The position numbers and the translations under genes were made by a program. 64,000 nucleotides of DNA, taken from contig NW_025963791.1 in assembly GCF_023055435.1 (NCBI RefSeq), positions 30,256,001-30,320,000 of the forward strand, in the 5' to 3' direction. Under the pieces are notes generated by a model. The model was not told the origin of the DNA. It was given only the letters and a program-made list of their open reading frames with translations, and did no database searches. This DNA comes from Haliotis rufescens. Lineage: Eukaryota. Of this stretch, positions 1-13,100 are shown piece after piece; positions within the stretch are counted from its first letter, which is position 1; each line of letters starts with the position of its first letter.

Positions 1-182
1 CAAATATATTTGCCTTGGGCCAAAGAAGCTTATGTTGCAAGCAGAATCAAAGATGGTTTGTTCGGTGAACACGATTTGCAATTTGATATGATTGCACTTT
101 AGGTAGATTTTAGGTAATATTTTGTTGTGTATTTACAGATATCCTTCTGAATGCCTAAAGTGATGAACTTGATGAACTCCCT

Positions 183-1308
183 TTGAATGTACGCCAGTTA
201 GCTGGACAGCTACCAGGTTTGTTGGCACGGTCCAGGGCAGATTCTACATATAAAACATATAGCAATGGATTTGCTGCTTGGAAAAGATGCGCAAACGCTA
301 ATAATGTGTGTGATCTGTTGCCCGTTTCACATTTGCATTATGCTATTTATCTGTTGTCTGTTGTGCAACAGAGTGAAACATTATCACCAGTGTTAACGGC
401 ATTTTATAGTTTAAGGTATGCTCATTGTAGCATTGGACTAGAGAGTCCCACTGAAAATAGCCTTGTCAAGAATGTTTTGGAAGGAGCAAGGCGCAAACTG
501 TCTAAAACCAGTGGTTAAAAGGAGCCAATCACAGTTGATATACTTGAACGTTTGTATGATTCAAAAATGATCAATGCATCTTTAATGGATCTGCGAATAG
601 TATCTATGTGCTTATTAGCTTTCGCCGGATATTTAAGATCTGCAGAATTAATTCATATATCTCGATCTGATATTTTGTTTTATAAGTCACACATAGTCGT
701 TTTTATTGAAAAGTCAAAGACGGATTTATACAGGGATGGCGCATGGCTTGTTATTAGTAGGACAGTATCTATGTGTTTATTAGCTTTCGCCGGATATTTA
801 AGATCTGCAGAATTAATTCATATATCTCGATCTGATATTTTGTTTTATAAGTCACACATAGTCGTTTTTATTGAAAAGTCAAAGACGGATTTATACAGGG
901 ATGGCGCATGGCTTGTTATTAGTAGGACAGATTCCAAGCTGTGTCCAGTACCTTGTGTGGAGAGATATTTACAAGCTGCATCTATTCATCCAGATTGTGA
1001 TCAGTACATTTTCAGGAATGTAAGCAAATGTCGTTCAGGCTATGTTCTTAGGAAGGACAATGCTCCACTGTCTTATACCAGGTTAAGGGAACTATTTATT
1101 GATGCTTTAACTTCATTTTGTTGACAATATCAAGAAGTATGGTCTGCAAAGCTTACGCAGTGGTGGTGCTACTGCAGCTGCAAATAATGGCATACCAGAT
1201 CGTATGTTCAAACGACATGGTCGTTGGAGAAGCGAAAACGCTAGAGATGGTTACATCAAGGATAGTATTGATAACAGAATGAAAGTATCACTTTCCTTAG
1301 GCCTATAA
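183..1308 (+). pseudogene. Tyrosine recombinase (phage-integrase family) of a DIRS/Ngaro element, disrupted
   Basis: Motifs GYLRSAE (catalytic R), KSKTD (K), CPV, QSLRSGGAT (H->Q in HxxR), RHGRW and DGY. In-frame stop at 516-518, frameshift near 1120, and a 165-bp internal duplication. Confidence 0.9.
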
Positions 1309-1734
1309 CTTTCTTTGTACATCTCGGCCGTGTATCACACAGCGTATTCCTATGTTTTTGGTGTTGTGTCTTGATTAAGTGTGTATAGGATAAGGAGAAA
1401 TAATATTTCTCTCGTTTGAAGAATGAATAAGATAGAAATTATTTTTTCCTAGCGGTATGTCAATCACGGTGATTATGTGCCCCAAAGTGGCGTGATTAAG
1501 GGGGTATATAAGGGGTAGTACAATTTTGAATTGTTCTCTCTCGCTCACTGTGCATGCACGGCCATACACGTGTTTCTTATATTTATTTTATAAACATGTA
1601 TATAAAAATTATATTATATATTTTTTTTAAAAACGTGTTCTTCATTTTATGATTTATTGATTTCGTGTGTTGAAGATAATCGTAGAAATGGAATGCACAT
1701 TTGAGGGTAATGTGTACTGTTGTAAGTGATGCTA

Positions 1735-2210
1735 TTGCTTGGCTGGCGAGTCTTTACAATACAGCGTTGCTTCATTGAGAAAGTCCATAGTTGGATGCAG
1801 GGATGTTGCTTGGCCGGCGGGCCTTTATAATACAGCGTTGTTTTATTGTGAAAGTGTGCATTGTTGGATTCAATTATATTGCTAGGCCGGCGGGCCTTTA
1901 TAATACAGCGTTGCTTCATTGTGAAAGTGTGAATTGTTAGATGCAATGGTATCGCTTAGCTGGCGAGCCCTTATAATACAGCGTTGTTTTATTGTGAAAG
2001 TGTGAATTGTTGGATGCAATGATATTGCTTGCCCGGTGGGCCTTTATAATACAGCGTTGCTTTATTGTGAAAGTGTGCATTGTTAGATGCAATGATATCG
2101 CTTAGCTGGCGAGCCCTTATAATACAGCGTTGTTTTATTGTGAAAGTGTGCATTGTTGGATGCAATGATATTGCTTGGCCGGCGGGCCTTTATAATACAG
2201 TCTTGCTTTA
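1735..2210. repeat. 73-bp minisatellite, about 6.5 copies, inside the YR element 3' region
   Basis: The anchor ataatacag recurs at 1827, 1900, 1973, 2046, 2119 and 2192. Confidence 0.92.
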
Positions 2211-2922
2211 TGCATGATGTGTAATTTGTACATCTGTTAAAACTATCATTTTGCTGCAGAGCCCTTATATCACATATCTTCAAAATAAGACCATATTTAC
2301 TAAGCTGCAGAGCCTTGATAATACTGCATATACTATGCGAGTTGCACTGTATATAATAAATTATAAAAATCATTTGTAACATGATGTACATGAATTGTTA
2401 GTATTTCTGTTTGGATTTGCATATACATGTCATGAGTATACTGTACACCCTCCAGTATTTGCTGCTGCATCAGTTGAGGGAACACGGTTCCAGATGTTTT
2501 CTTAAAAAAGTTTTTATATCTGGTTTTACGTGTCGGGCTTCAGCAAAATATAAATATTCATAGCATATTGCTGACCATGTATATACAAATGTGTGGAAAT
2601 GAATATCTTTGTCTTTTACTATACGCAAATAAATTTGCCGTGTATCACACTGCGTATTCCCATGTTACTGGTGTTGTGTCTTGATTAAGTATGTATGTGA
2701 TAAGGAGAAGACGACGTGACATGGCGTAAACCCATTTTAACCCATAGTTCAGGTGGATCACATGATTTACGCATTTAAGCACGAATTAGGTCAAAGAGGC
2801 TGAGCATAACTTTTGCGGTATGAACTGGTTTTATCACAGTGGGTTTATCATTGGATTAAGTAACTTGAATTGACCTACTGACCTATTATCCTTAGAGGGA
2901 ATCCTGTTCTCTCTGGTAGATC

Positions 2923-5900
2923 ATGTCTACTTCGTTTGGTCTCTGCGTCTTCGAGACTATTTTATGCGTGTCGTTTATATTGCTGGTATTCGTATCAGTA
3001 TGGGGTCATACTGTCTACACTTGTCTACTCGGTGCTGTGCTATATGTCTGTTACTGGATCATACGCAAAGTAGGCAGAAACAGGGTTGACATACATGGAA
3101 AATACGTTCTTATTACGGGGTGTGATACAGGTAAGTCTCCACGTCTCTTAGATATTACAACATAGGTTTAGACTATACATGTAAAAATATAAGAAAGCCT
3201 GCTTAAATAGCAAAACATAATGGTTTGTTCAAATATGTCATCTTATTTGTTGTCCAGACACCAGGAGGTCAAGACTATTTTCGTAAGAAGTTGCTAATGT
3301 AAACAAAGAGAAGACTAACTAAATACATAAAAATGGAAAATATACACAATTACATCATTATGGAAATGTGCGGTGTATCTGTTCTTGTAAGTTGTAAGGG
3401 GGTGTGATGTTATGATTCCACAATTTCGGTATATCAGACATTGAAGTTATATTGTCACTGATGTCAAGCTTAACTTCCACATAATGACCAATGTCATATA
3501 CAGGCTTTGGAAACAGCCTTGCTAGATTACTGGACATCAAGGGACTGAACGTCATCGCCGCGTGTCTCTCTGTGGAAAGTGACGGTGCCAAACAATTGAA
3601 GACAACAGGAAGCAGGCGCATGTGTGTTTTACAGCTTGACGTAACTTCAGACGAAAGTGTTGCTTCGTGTTTTCACACGGTGAAGACTCTATGTCACAAA
3701 GAAGGTACAGTGTGTAGTCTTAAATACACTTTATATGTTACAATGTTGTTGACCGCCTTCGGTGTGTAGTTGATAGAGCGTCTGCCAGAAGAACAAAAGG
3801 TCAGATGTTCGATCACCTGGCCTACCAAAACGACGTTGAAAGATGGTGCTTGTTGTTACCCTGCTTGGAGTTCGCCATTTAAGGATAAGGATAAGGATAA
3901 AATAAGGACCGGTCTGCTCAGTGTCAGTATGCTGTGTTTGAGTGGGATATACATGTTTACCTGAAACAAAATACCGGTGAAAATCAGAACCGGAATAAGG
4001 CCCAAACAAAACGCAGTCCAGTTCCAGGGAAACGTATGATTAGAGCTAGTGGGTCAACTTAACCACCAAATACCTCAAACCCGTGGCTTTGGACAACATC
4101 AATTGTTGAGGTATGACTGAAAACAATAAATGACTGTGTAACCTGTAAGTAGTAGTAGTAGAATGTTGTTTAAACGCTGCAGTCAGCAATATTCCAGCTA
4201 TGTGACGGCGGTCTGTGATTGACAATGTCATCATGAGCATCGATCCACCGATCCTGCAGTCGACTCTTACGACAAGCATGAGTTGCTGAAGACCAATATT
4301 CTAACCCGGAATCTTCACAGGACGTAACCTGTAAATAAGGACATTTTGTATTAAAATATCCTCTTTGGTTTCTGACAATAAGTAACGGTTTAGCAATGGG
4401 CTTGGTTTAGCGCCGTTTTATGCAGTAATTTGTGTAAATCACATTACTTGAAAATTAAAATGTTACGTTTCAGGATTATGGGCCTTGATAAACAATGCCG
4501 GGATACTTTACACAGGGGATGTGGAAGTACAGACAATGGCTATCTACAGGAGAGTTTCAGAAGTCAATTTGTTTGGTATGGTGCGAATGTGCAAGGCGTT
4601 TCTGCCTCTTGTGAGGCAAAGAAAAGGTCAGGGACTCACGTTTTTTATTATATATTATATTCAAGTTGCTGACATAATTCGAATTTATGAAAAAGTATAC
4701 ACATAAATGCTACGTTCATTGCATGCGATTATATCTACAGAATATACTTAAGTAATAAGAACAGGGTTTTTTTTGCAAACATGAGACACCAGAGAAAAAC
4801 CTTGGGAAAAGGCTAGGAACGTTTTATACTTAATGTATTCATACTGAGATAATTCGAATTCATTAAATAGTATAAACATAAATCATACGGTCATTAGATG
4901 CTGCCATACCAACGAAATATATTAATATCCAAATGTGTATAGCTCTTGCCAAAGCATGTAACAATGTCTCACTATGTTTTTGACAATCAGAAATGAAAGA
5001 AGTGATCTGAATATGGTAATCTCCATAAATGACCAATTGTGTGATCTTTTGTCCAGGGCGCGTAATCAACGTAACCAGTGTCCGTGGTCTACTGGCAGGT
5101 CCTGCTCACTCAGCTTACGTCATGAGTAAGTTTGGTGCAGAAGGATTCACAGACTGTTTAAGGCTGGAGATGAGGAGGTTCGGGGTCAAGGTCATCCTTA
5201 TACAACCCGGCAGTTTTGGGCTCAGCACTGGTTTATTTAGTGTGGAGAATGTACGTATTACTTACAGTGTGTATACATTGTCAATTATCTAATTTATATT
5301 TAAACATTAATGAAACAAAATCAAATAGTATAATATCATGGGTAAGACCCCCCTCCTCCATATGAGGGGCGGTCGGGTAGCCTAGTGGTTAAAGCGTTCG
5401 CCCGTCACGCCGAAGACCCGGGTTCGATTCCCGACATGGGTACAATGTGTGAAGCCCATTTCTGGTGTCCCCCGCCGTGATATTGCTTGAATATTGCTAA
5501 AAGCGGCGTAAAACTGTACTCACTCACTCACTCACTCCTCCATATGTATATACTGAACCGCAAAAGAAACGTCACCCAAAGTAACATTGCGTGAAATGTT
5601 GTCATTTAAATATCACACTACTGTTGCAAAATGTATGTACATGTAATTGTTATATCCTCTGAGGTTCTTTGGTATCAATATATTGATATTCTTATATTTA
5701 TCTGTAGATACTTGTGTAATTCTTTTGTTTCGATTTGTAACTTGCACCTGGAAATTGTTCGCGCCAAGCGCACACAACACTCATGTAGCTATGTATGACT
5801 TGATTATGTAACTATAGTCAATGATATTAAATGTATACAGTCCTTGTGGGTATTTATCAAAATTGTTGTATCAATCGATACGTCACACCATGTAATATTC

Positions 5901-7571
5901 ACACACTCCAGAAAGGTTGCGTTCAGTAACAATACGTACATATTTGTTCTGAAATACTGAGCGGGATGAGCAAAACACAATACATGTACTGGAATATATT
6001 TATATATAAATAAAGCGACAAAATTAAAACCCTTTCCATATCCAATAGAAATCTCTGCATAAAGCATAACAATTCCGACAATATCATGAGCATGTGTTTA
6101 TGAATCACTATCAAATTGTAATGATACCAGGTGTTTACGAAAACGTGAGCGTATCCTGCCCCACCAGTGGTACCCGTCATAAACACATACAAAGGCAAGT
6201 CAATTGTTCACCTCAAAATAAGAAATTTCATCGGACAAAAGTTTTGTCACTGATGCGTCAAATTTGGAAATGTCCTCCACATGTCTACCATAAAACTTTT
6301 TGAAAGCTTTACTAAGGCCTTGAATGCTGTAACCTTGATCAAACAAATTCCAAGCAAGAGTTACAGGACCCTTTTTGAAATCTTTGGATAGTGGATATTT
6401 AATTCTTTATCAACGATATCAAATCATCGATATGCCTGAAGCTTAAGATGGCCAAATCACCTTGTTTTGACTTTGCCAATCCGAACAAAAATTCCGATTT
6501 ATATGCATAATGAAAAAGATCCGCATGAGGGAGGGGGGATAACTGGTGCCCATGGGGATGACTACTTCTTGTCACACACGCGCTATTTAACAGCAAACAT
6601 CTTGAACATTTCCGAGCTTTAATTACCTCAACGGTATTTTTCAAACCATTAGATTGTGGTACTCACTGTCGTTTGTTTAACATTTTTCCTTAATCACAGG
6701 TTCGGCGCCAAAAGGTGGCGTACCAGCAGTTAATAGACTCTGTAGATGATGAAATACGGGCGGCATATGGGCAGGACTATTTGGATACATATCTGCGCGT
6801 CCCAAAGATGAACTCAAGGTCCTCTGACAAAGATCTCAAGAGAGTTTTGGATGCATTCGAGGATGCCATATTGAGCACTAATCCAGACAGCCGATACCTG
6901 GTGGATGGAATTCGCCATTGGATTGACGTATTATGTGTAAGTCAAACCTTTTTATATTAATTTTGTCATTAATGTCCACAACATACAATCATCCTATTGA
7001 AGCTACTGCAAAAAATACGATTCCTATTAACTGTAACCAGGACTGCACTTTTAGCATGAATGCAACTATTCCCTGGTCCATCCAAAGCAAAACGGGGGTC
7101 ATGGGTAGCCTTTTCATCTAAGTTACATTAATTCCAGTACAGTTGCTGCCCTTTGTCGTGTTAGGATCCGACGATCATTGGTTAAAAATCTATGTGCCTT
7201 GGTTTTATGAGCACACCTGCTTATGACAGTCAATGAAGTAAAGTGGTAAGGCATAAAGCCTCTTTGAACTGTGATATCGTGGCGTGTCAGCCTAACGTTG
7301 TAGGTGAGCATGATGGTGGTTTTAGAAGTTGACAGCTATAGTGAAAGTTACAGTTGAGATACCACACATTTATAATTGAAATACACTTCAGTTCTTACGC
7401 TGTTTCAGCTGAAACTAGTCGACAACTAATGCTGTTATATAAATGTTACTATAGCTTGAAGTATGTTGATAGATGATGGCACGACTACGCAACGTTCTTC
7501 CGGTGTCCCTGATGGATGCTCTTTACCTCTGGCTCCAGCCAATGCCAAAAGAAGCCTTCTATAAAACTTAA
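2923..7571 (+). CDS. BDH1-like: SDR paralog 1, D-beta-hydroxybutyrate dehydrogenase/retinol dehydrogenase-like (SDR9C); exons 2923-3130, 3504-3704, 4474-4626, 5057-5250, 6700-6936, 7473-7571
   Basis: Hydrophobic N-terminus, TGCDTGFG, NNAG, NVTS and YVMSK (YxxxK). GT-AG boundaries keep the frame. Collinear with vertebrate BDH1 as recalled. Confidence 0.9.
3750..3960 (+). mobile_element. tRNA-head SINE (family D), partial, in intron 2 of SDR1
   Basis: A/B-box-like head (gtgtagttgatagagcg...gttcgatc); homologous to 9748-10150, 20352-20710 and 49601-50020. Confidence 0.7.
4163..4322 (-). mobile_element. Headless SINE-like element (family C), internally deleted
   Basis: Reverse complement of the cccgtgaagat...gtcgtaagag...ctggaatattgctga consensus seen at 8853 and 17574. 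Confidence 0.75.
5366..5534 (+). mobile_element. tRNA-derived SINE (family A, about 170 bp, (ACTC)n tail)
   Basis: A box tagcctagtgg, B box ggttcgattcc, 12-bp TSD ctcctccatatg. Confidence 0.92.
6010..6210. repeat. Dispersed repeat shared in opposite orientation with about 21250-21560
   Basis: gtatcctgcccc...aaaggcaagtcaattgttca is the reverse complement of tgaacaattgacttgccttt...gggcaggatac at 21249-21309. Confidence 0.75.
6240..6580 (-). mobile_element. Penelope-like element reverse-transcriptase fragment, decayed
   Basis: Minus-strand remnants ADLFHYAYKSEF, SFRHIDDLISL (YIDD motif) and DQGYSIQGLSKAFKKFYGRH, typical of the PLE RT and thumb. Confidence 0.75.
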
Positions 7572-7975
7572 TCGTGAAGTAAGGTATTATTATACCTAGC
7601 CAATGTAATGGATCATTTATGATTTGAATAATAAAATGAAGTTGCTTTGCTCGAGGTATTGCGTTCAAACTTCAAACGTAACACAGTCTATGCATTAACA
7701 CAACATACTCTCTAGCTGTTATTCCCTGTAGGCGTCTGTCACTGTAGGCATTAGTAGACCTAACCACTGCAACAACTACTGCGAGACGTGACCATAATAG
7801 TTAAAGTTCAGAGCATGTATGATGTGCACCATAGTGATCGTCATGGTCACAACACTGCCGTTTCACTTCCTTAATGATTTCCGAAGGTCCTTGAAGTTAA
7901 ACATTGCAGTAGCGACTACGTGTGTACAAAGTCCATTGAATGTTACTACAATCACGCTTGCTCCAAATCCAAGTT

Positions 7976-8196
7976 AACAAGAAGATAAGGAAATGGACAA
8001 ATCACAATTTTCAATTTACTTTCCTGGGCAATCCTATGTTTTTAGGGGATCGGAAATATGTGGTCAGACAGGGTCTAAGCATGGTAGTAGTTCCTGGTGA
8101 GATATTGAACGTATGCGTGTCATACGGACAGACGGGCGGAGGAGCGGACAACAAGGCAAGAGCTCATTTTTAACCTCGTTTCAGGTGAGGTAAAAG
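7976..8196 (+). mobile_element. Possible Helentron-associated (HINE/DINE-1-like) non-autonomous remnant
   Basis: Starts aacaag, has a degenerate (GACG)n tract, then a 3' hairpin-like ttttaacctc...gaggtaaaa. Confidence 0.35.
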
Positions 8197-8368
8197 TAGA
8201 CCATGCCATTTACACAGATAAACACGAATTAGGCCAAAGAGGCTTAACAGAACTGTTCCTTTTTGAACAGGTGCCGCCACAGTGGGCATATCCCATACCC
8301 TATTTCACAGGTGTCACACTGCGAATGCTTATGGTGTAGAAATGGAAACCGGTTCCCTACACTAGATC

Positions 8369-10035
8369 ATGTCGAGTTTGGTGGACATACTTGGTGTGTG
8401 GGTCTTAGAGGTCACTTTTTACGTGTCATTTATATTGCTGGTATTTGTCTCAGTACTGGGACAGGCGCTCCAAGCTTGTCTACTCTTTATTGTATGCTAT
8501 GTCAGTTACTGGGTCATACGCAAAGCAGGCGGAAATAGGGTGGCCACACAAGGGAAATACGTTCTTATTACGGGGTGTGACACAGGTAAGTCTCCTCGTC
8601 TCCTAGATACTCTGAGGTTCAAAAGTTTACATGTAAATTAGTCAGAAGAACGGTTTTATCATTTAACCTTATCTTCAGTTCATTCGACATTAAAATATTG
8701 TATTTTATCTGTTATCCAATATTTCAAAGTTGAGGCTATATTTTAAGGATTTGCCGAAACAAACAAAAAGAAGATTAGTATTTGTCTTTTGATAAACCAA
8801 CTGATTAAATACAATAAACATAGAATGTGTGTAAAATTTTATTATTACAATCCCCGTGAAGATCTAGGTTAGAATAGGTCTTCAGCAACCCATGCCTGAC
8901 TTAACAGGCGACTGTGCTTGTCGTAAGGGGCGGCTAACGGCTGGTCAAGCTCGCTGACTCGTTTGATGCATGTCATCGTATCCCAATTTCGTGGATCGAT
9001 GCTCTTGATATCAATCACTGGATTGTCTGGTCCAGAGTCGATTATTTTTTACAGACCGCCGACATATTGCTGGAATATTGCTGAGTGCGGCGCTAAACAG
9101 ACAACATAGCTACGGAATGGTGTAGTGTGATCTGTTCTTGTACACTTGTAAGATGGATGGTATGTAAACTGATTCAACAATATCGGTATATGAGACATTG
9201 CGGCAAAAGCTATACTGCTACCAAGACTAGCTTCCACATAGTGACCAATGTCATACACAGGCTTTGGAAACAGCCTTGCTAGATTCCTGGACTAATTGAA
9301 TACATGAACATGGAACACATATATAATTACATTAGTACGGAAAGGTGCAGTGTGATCTGTTCTTGTGAAGTCGTAAGGTAGTGGTGGTGGGGGGAGGGGG
9401 GTGATGTCATGATCCCACAATTTTGGTATATCAGACATTGCAGATACATCGTCACTGCTGTCAAACCAAACTTCCACATAATGGTCAATGTCATACACAG
9501 GCTTTGGAAACAGCCTTGCTAGATTACTGGACATCAAGGGACTGAACGTCATCGCCGCGTGTCTCTCTGTGGAAAGTGACGGTGCCAAACAGTTGAAGGC
9601 AACAGGAAGCAGGCGCATGTGTGTTATACAGCTTGACGTAACTTCAGACGAAAGTGTTGCTTCTTGCCTTCAGAGGGTGAAGACTCTATGTCACAAAGAA
9701 GGTACATAGGGAAGACTTAAATATACTTTATATGTTACAATGTTGTTGACCGCCTTCGGTGTGTAGTTGATAGAGCGTCTGCCAGAAGAACAAAAGGTCA
9801 GATGTTCGATCACCTGGCCGCGTCCTACCACAAGACGTTGAAAGGGGGTGCTTGATATCCAGCTGTCTTGCGTTCGGAATTGCGTGGCTAAAGAAAGGAC
9901 TGGCCGGTTCAGTTAGCGTTTTTGAGTGGGGCACACCATGTTTATCACTGGAGTGGTATCTCAGCGGACTATACTATAAATCTACAGCCCAAACTCATTA
10001 GTATTTGGCGAGTATCGTGTCGCGCTCGTACGACT

Positions 10036-10122
<87 letters not shown>

Positions 10123-13100
10123 GTTAAACCCCATTTTCACATCACCACCTATATGTTTTACTCAGGCAAATACACAGTCCAAGTCCAGGGATACGTTAGT
10201 ATCAAAGCTATTGTGCCGACTTAACCACCACATACCTACAAAACAAAACTGTGGTTACAAATATCTTGTCATTATATTTGTCATGATACCTTGACCTTAG
10301 CTTATTTCCATAGGCGTCGTATATGACCACATTATGTGCATTGTGTCATAATATCATGTTTGGTTTCTGTGAATGAGTAACTGTTTAGCAGTGGATGTTG
10401 TTTATAGCCTCTTTTAGCAATATCATAAGAGACACTAGTAATTGGCATCACACATTGTACGTATAGGAAATGGAACACGGGCTTTAGGCGTGACGAGCGA
10501 ACGATCCAATCACCGGGCTACCAATTCATGAAACTGAAAGGTCATTGACAGGATGCAACAACGAATCTAATTAACTGACAACTTATTAATGAAAATATAG
10601 ACAACAGTTTTAAAGTTCAACATGTATTAAACCTATATATACAATTGTATATTCTCTCAAAATACGGCGTGTAATATCATGACTTGAACATTAAAATGTT
10701 ACGTTTCAGGATTATGGGCCTTGATAAACAATGCCGGCATACAATACACAGGGGATGTGGAAGTACAGACAATGGCTGTCTACAGGAGAGTTTCAGAAGT
10801 CAATTTGTTTGGTATGGTGCGAATATGCAAGTCGTTTCTGCCTCTTGTGAGGCAAAGAAAAGGTCAGAGACTTACGTGCTTTATATATTATATTCAAATC
10901 GCTGAGTTATTTCGAATTTATGAAAAAGTATACACATAAATGCTACGTTCATGGCATGCGATTATATCGACAGAGTATACTTAAGTAATATTAACTGTTT
11001 TGTGAGAACATGAGCCACCAGAGAAAACCTGTCTCGATTATCCGACGAAACAGATTCCATTCCGTAAAAGGCAAAATTGTTGTAGGCAATTATATAAATG
11101 GATCACTGAAAATCGGTGATGCCACCAGATGTTCGTAAAAAGGTAGTTTGACGATCAGAATGAAAAAAATATTCTGAAAGATGTAATCACCACAAGTCAC
11201 CCATACTGTGAGCCTTTGTTCAGGACGCGTAATCAACGTAACCAGTGTCCGTGGTCTGATAGCATGTCATGCTCACTCAGCTTACGTCATGAGTAAGTTT
11301 GGTGCAGAAGGATTCACAGACTGTTTGAGGCTTGAGATGAGGAGGTTCGGGGTCAAGGTCATCCTTATACAACCCGGAGGTTATGGGCTGAGCACTGGTT
11401 TATTTAGTGTGGAGAACGTACGTATTACTTAAAGTGTGTGTGCACGGTTCAGTATGGTTGTGACTATTATTTAACATATTAATTAATTAAATAAAATAAG
11501 AAGGGTATAAAATCATGTTTTTATAACAATAATATCTTTAAATACATTACATACTAGTTAAACAAATAGTAAATGTAATTGTGACAACCTCTAGGATTTT
11601 TTTTGTAAAAACACATTTAACTATATTACCTTCACGGGCAAAGATATCTTGTTTTCATAAAGATCGTATGTGCCTTAGCGTTAGATCACGTCACAAGAAA
11701 CAGTGTATTGTTTCCGTGATTTCCGACCTCCGTGATGAATGCCTCTCCACACCATGACGCTTCCCGATCCACTTGCTGAATGCAATTTTCAGCGGAACGT
11801 TCGTTACGACGTCGGTACACACGGGCACGTCCATCAGCACGTCTCAGCATGAAACGGGATTCGTCTGTAAAAACAGGTCACGGCACCATCTCCGTCTACA
11901 TCTTGAGTCATGTAACTCTCTGACGCGTCAGGATGTTACGCCGCACGGGTCTCCTGGCTAGAATACCAACGGTGGGGTAGCCTAGTGGTTAAAGCGTTCG
12001 CTCGTCACACCGAAGACCAGGGTTCGATTTCCAACATTTCTGGTGTCCACCGCCTTGATATTGATGGAATATTGCTAAAAGCGGCATAAAACCATACTCA
12101 CTCACTCACTCAGATTTGTTTTGGCGGTTCAATATGTTTCTCTCGGTTAGTCACAACACAAATGGACATTATGGGTTCTTGAGTTGGTTCGCACTTAATG
12201 TCACTGTCTTAATGTTTAATCTTATTGCATTAAACATTCTTTTTCGATATTAGCGGATATTATGATATATGTAGTGCTCCGAAATCACATTTCTAACAAA
12301 CGGCGTTAGCCAGAAGTTACAAATGTAAAAACCTCCTTGCCTCGATATAAAATATGTTATTTTAAAAAAACAGGTAAATCTCCGTAGCACTCTCTTTGTA
12401 CATGTACTCTAACAGTTGTAATACCGGCATAGTGTCACTGTGATATGCTTTAAAGACACGAAACAATGGCTAGAAATATGAGTAGGTTCATCAATCAAAG
12501 CCAAATTGGTAATATGTAAATATTTTTTATCAAACGTAATTGTTACTGTAATAGTGTGTGAAGCCCATTCCTAGTGTTCCGTAAATATTGTATAAATCAT
12601 CATTCAATCAATATCAAACTTATATGATATTTATCTCTCCATGTGTCGTTTTACAAATTTGGAAATGAAACGAAACAATTTTATTTATCAAGAAAAGTGA
12701 CAAGTCGACACGACATTCGAGCCCAGAGCCCCCAACAATATATTTCAACTGATAAGATTGGAGCTGTCACACTTATTCGTTTTACAATGTAATGTTAATC
12801 ACAGGTTGAGCGCCAAAAGGTGGTGTACAAGGAGTTAATAGATTCTGTCAATGACGAAATACGGGCAGCCTATGGACAGGACTATTTGGACACATATATG
12901 TGCGTCCCAAAGATGAACCCAGGGTCCTCTGACAAAGATCTTAAAGGTGTTTTGGATGCATTCGAGGATGCCATATTGAGCACTAACCCAGACAGTCGAT
13001 ACCTGGTGGATGGCATTCACCCCTGGATTGACGTATTGTGTGTAAGTCAAACCATGTCATATATCACTGTATTCAACATTATAAACCGTCGGGTAAAAGA

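Larger units (their letters stand above)
1..2709 (+). mobile_element. 3' part of a Ngaro/PAT-type (DIRS-class) tyrosine-recombinase retrotransposon with split direct repeats; continues upstream of the window
   Basis: YR pseudogene followed by a 73-bp direct repeat at 1327-1399 and 2637-2709 (gccgtgtatcacac...gataaggagaa), matching the B1-A2-B2 layout. AATAAA lies just before B2 and a TATA-like tatataa near 1505. The tail of a preceding ORF ends at about 102. Confidence 0.8.

Noticed and set aside
5366-5440. tRNA-Asp-like and tRNA-Leu-like sequences as tRNA genes
   Set aside because: They are SINE heads: each is followed by a body, a simple-repeat tail and TSDs, and the cloverleaf is imperfect.
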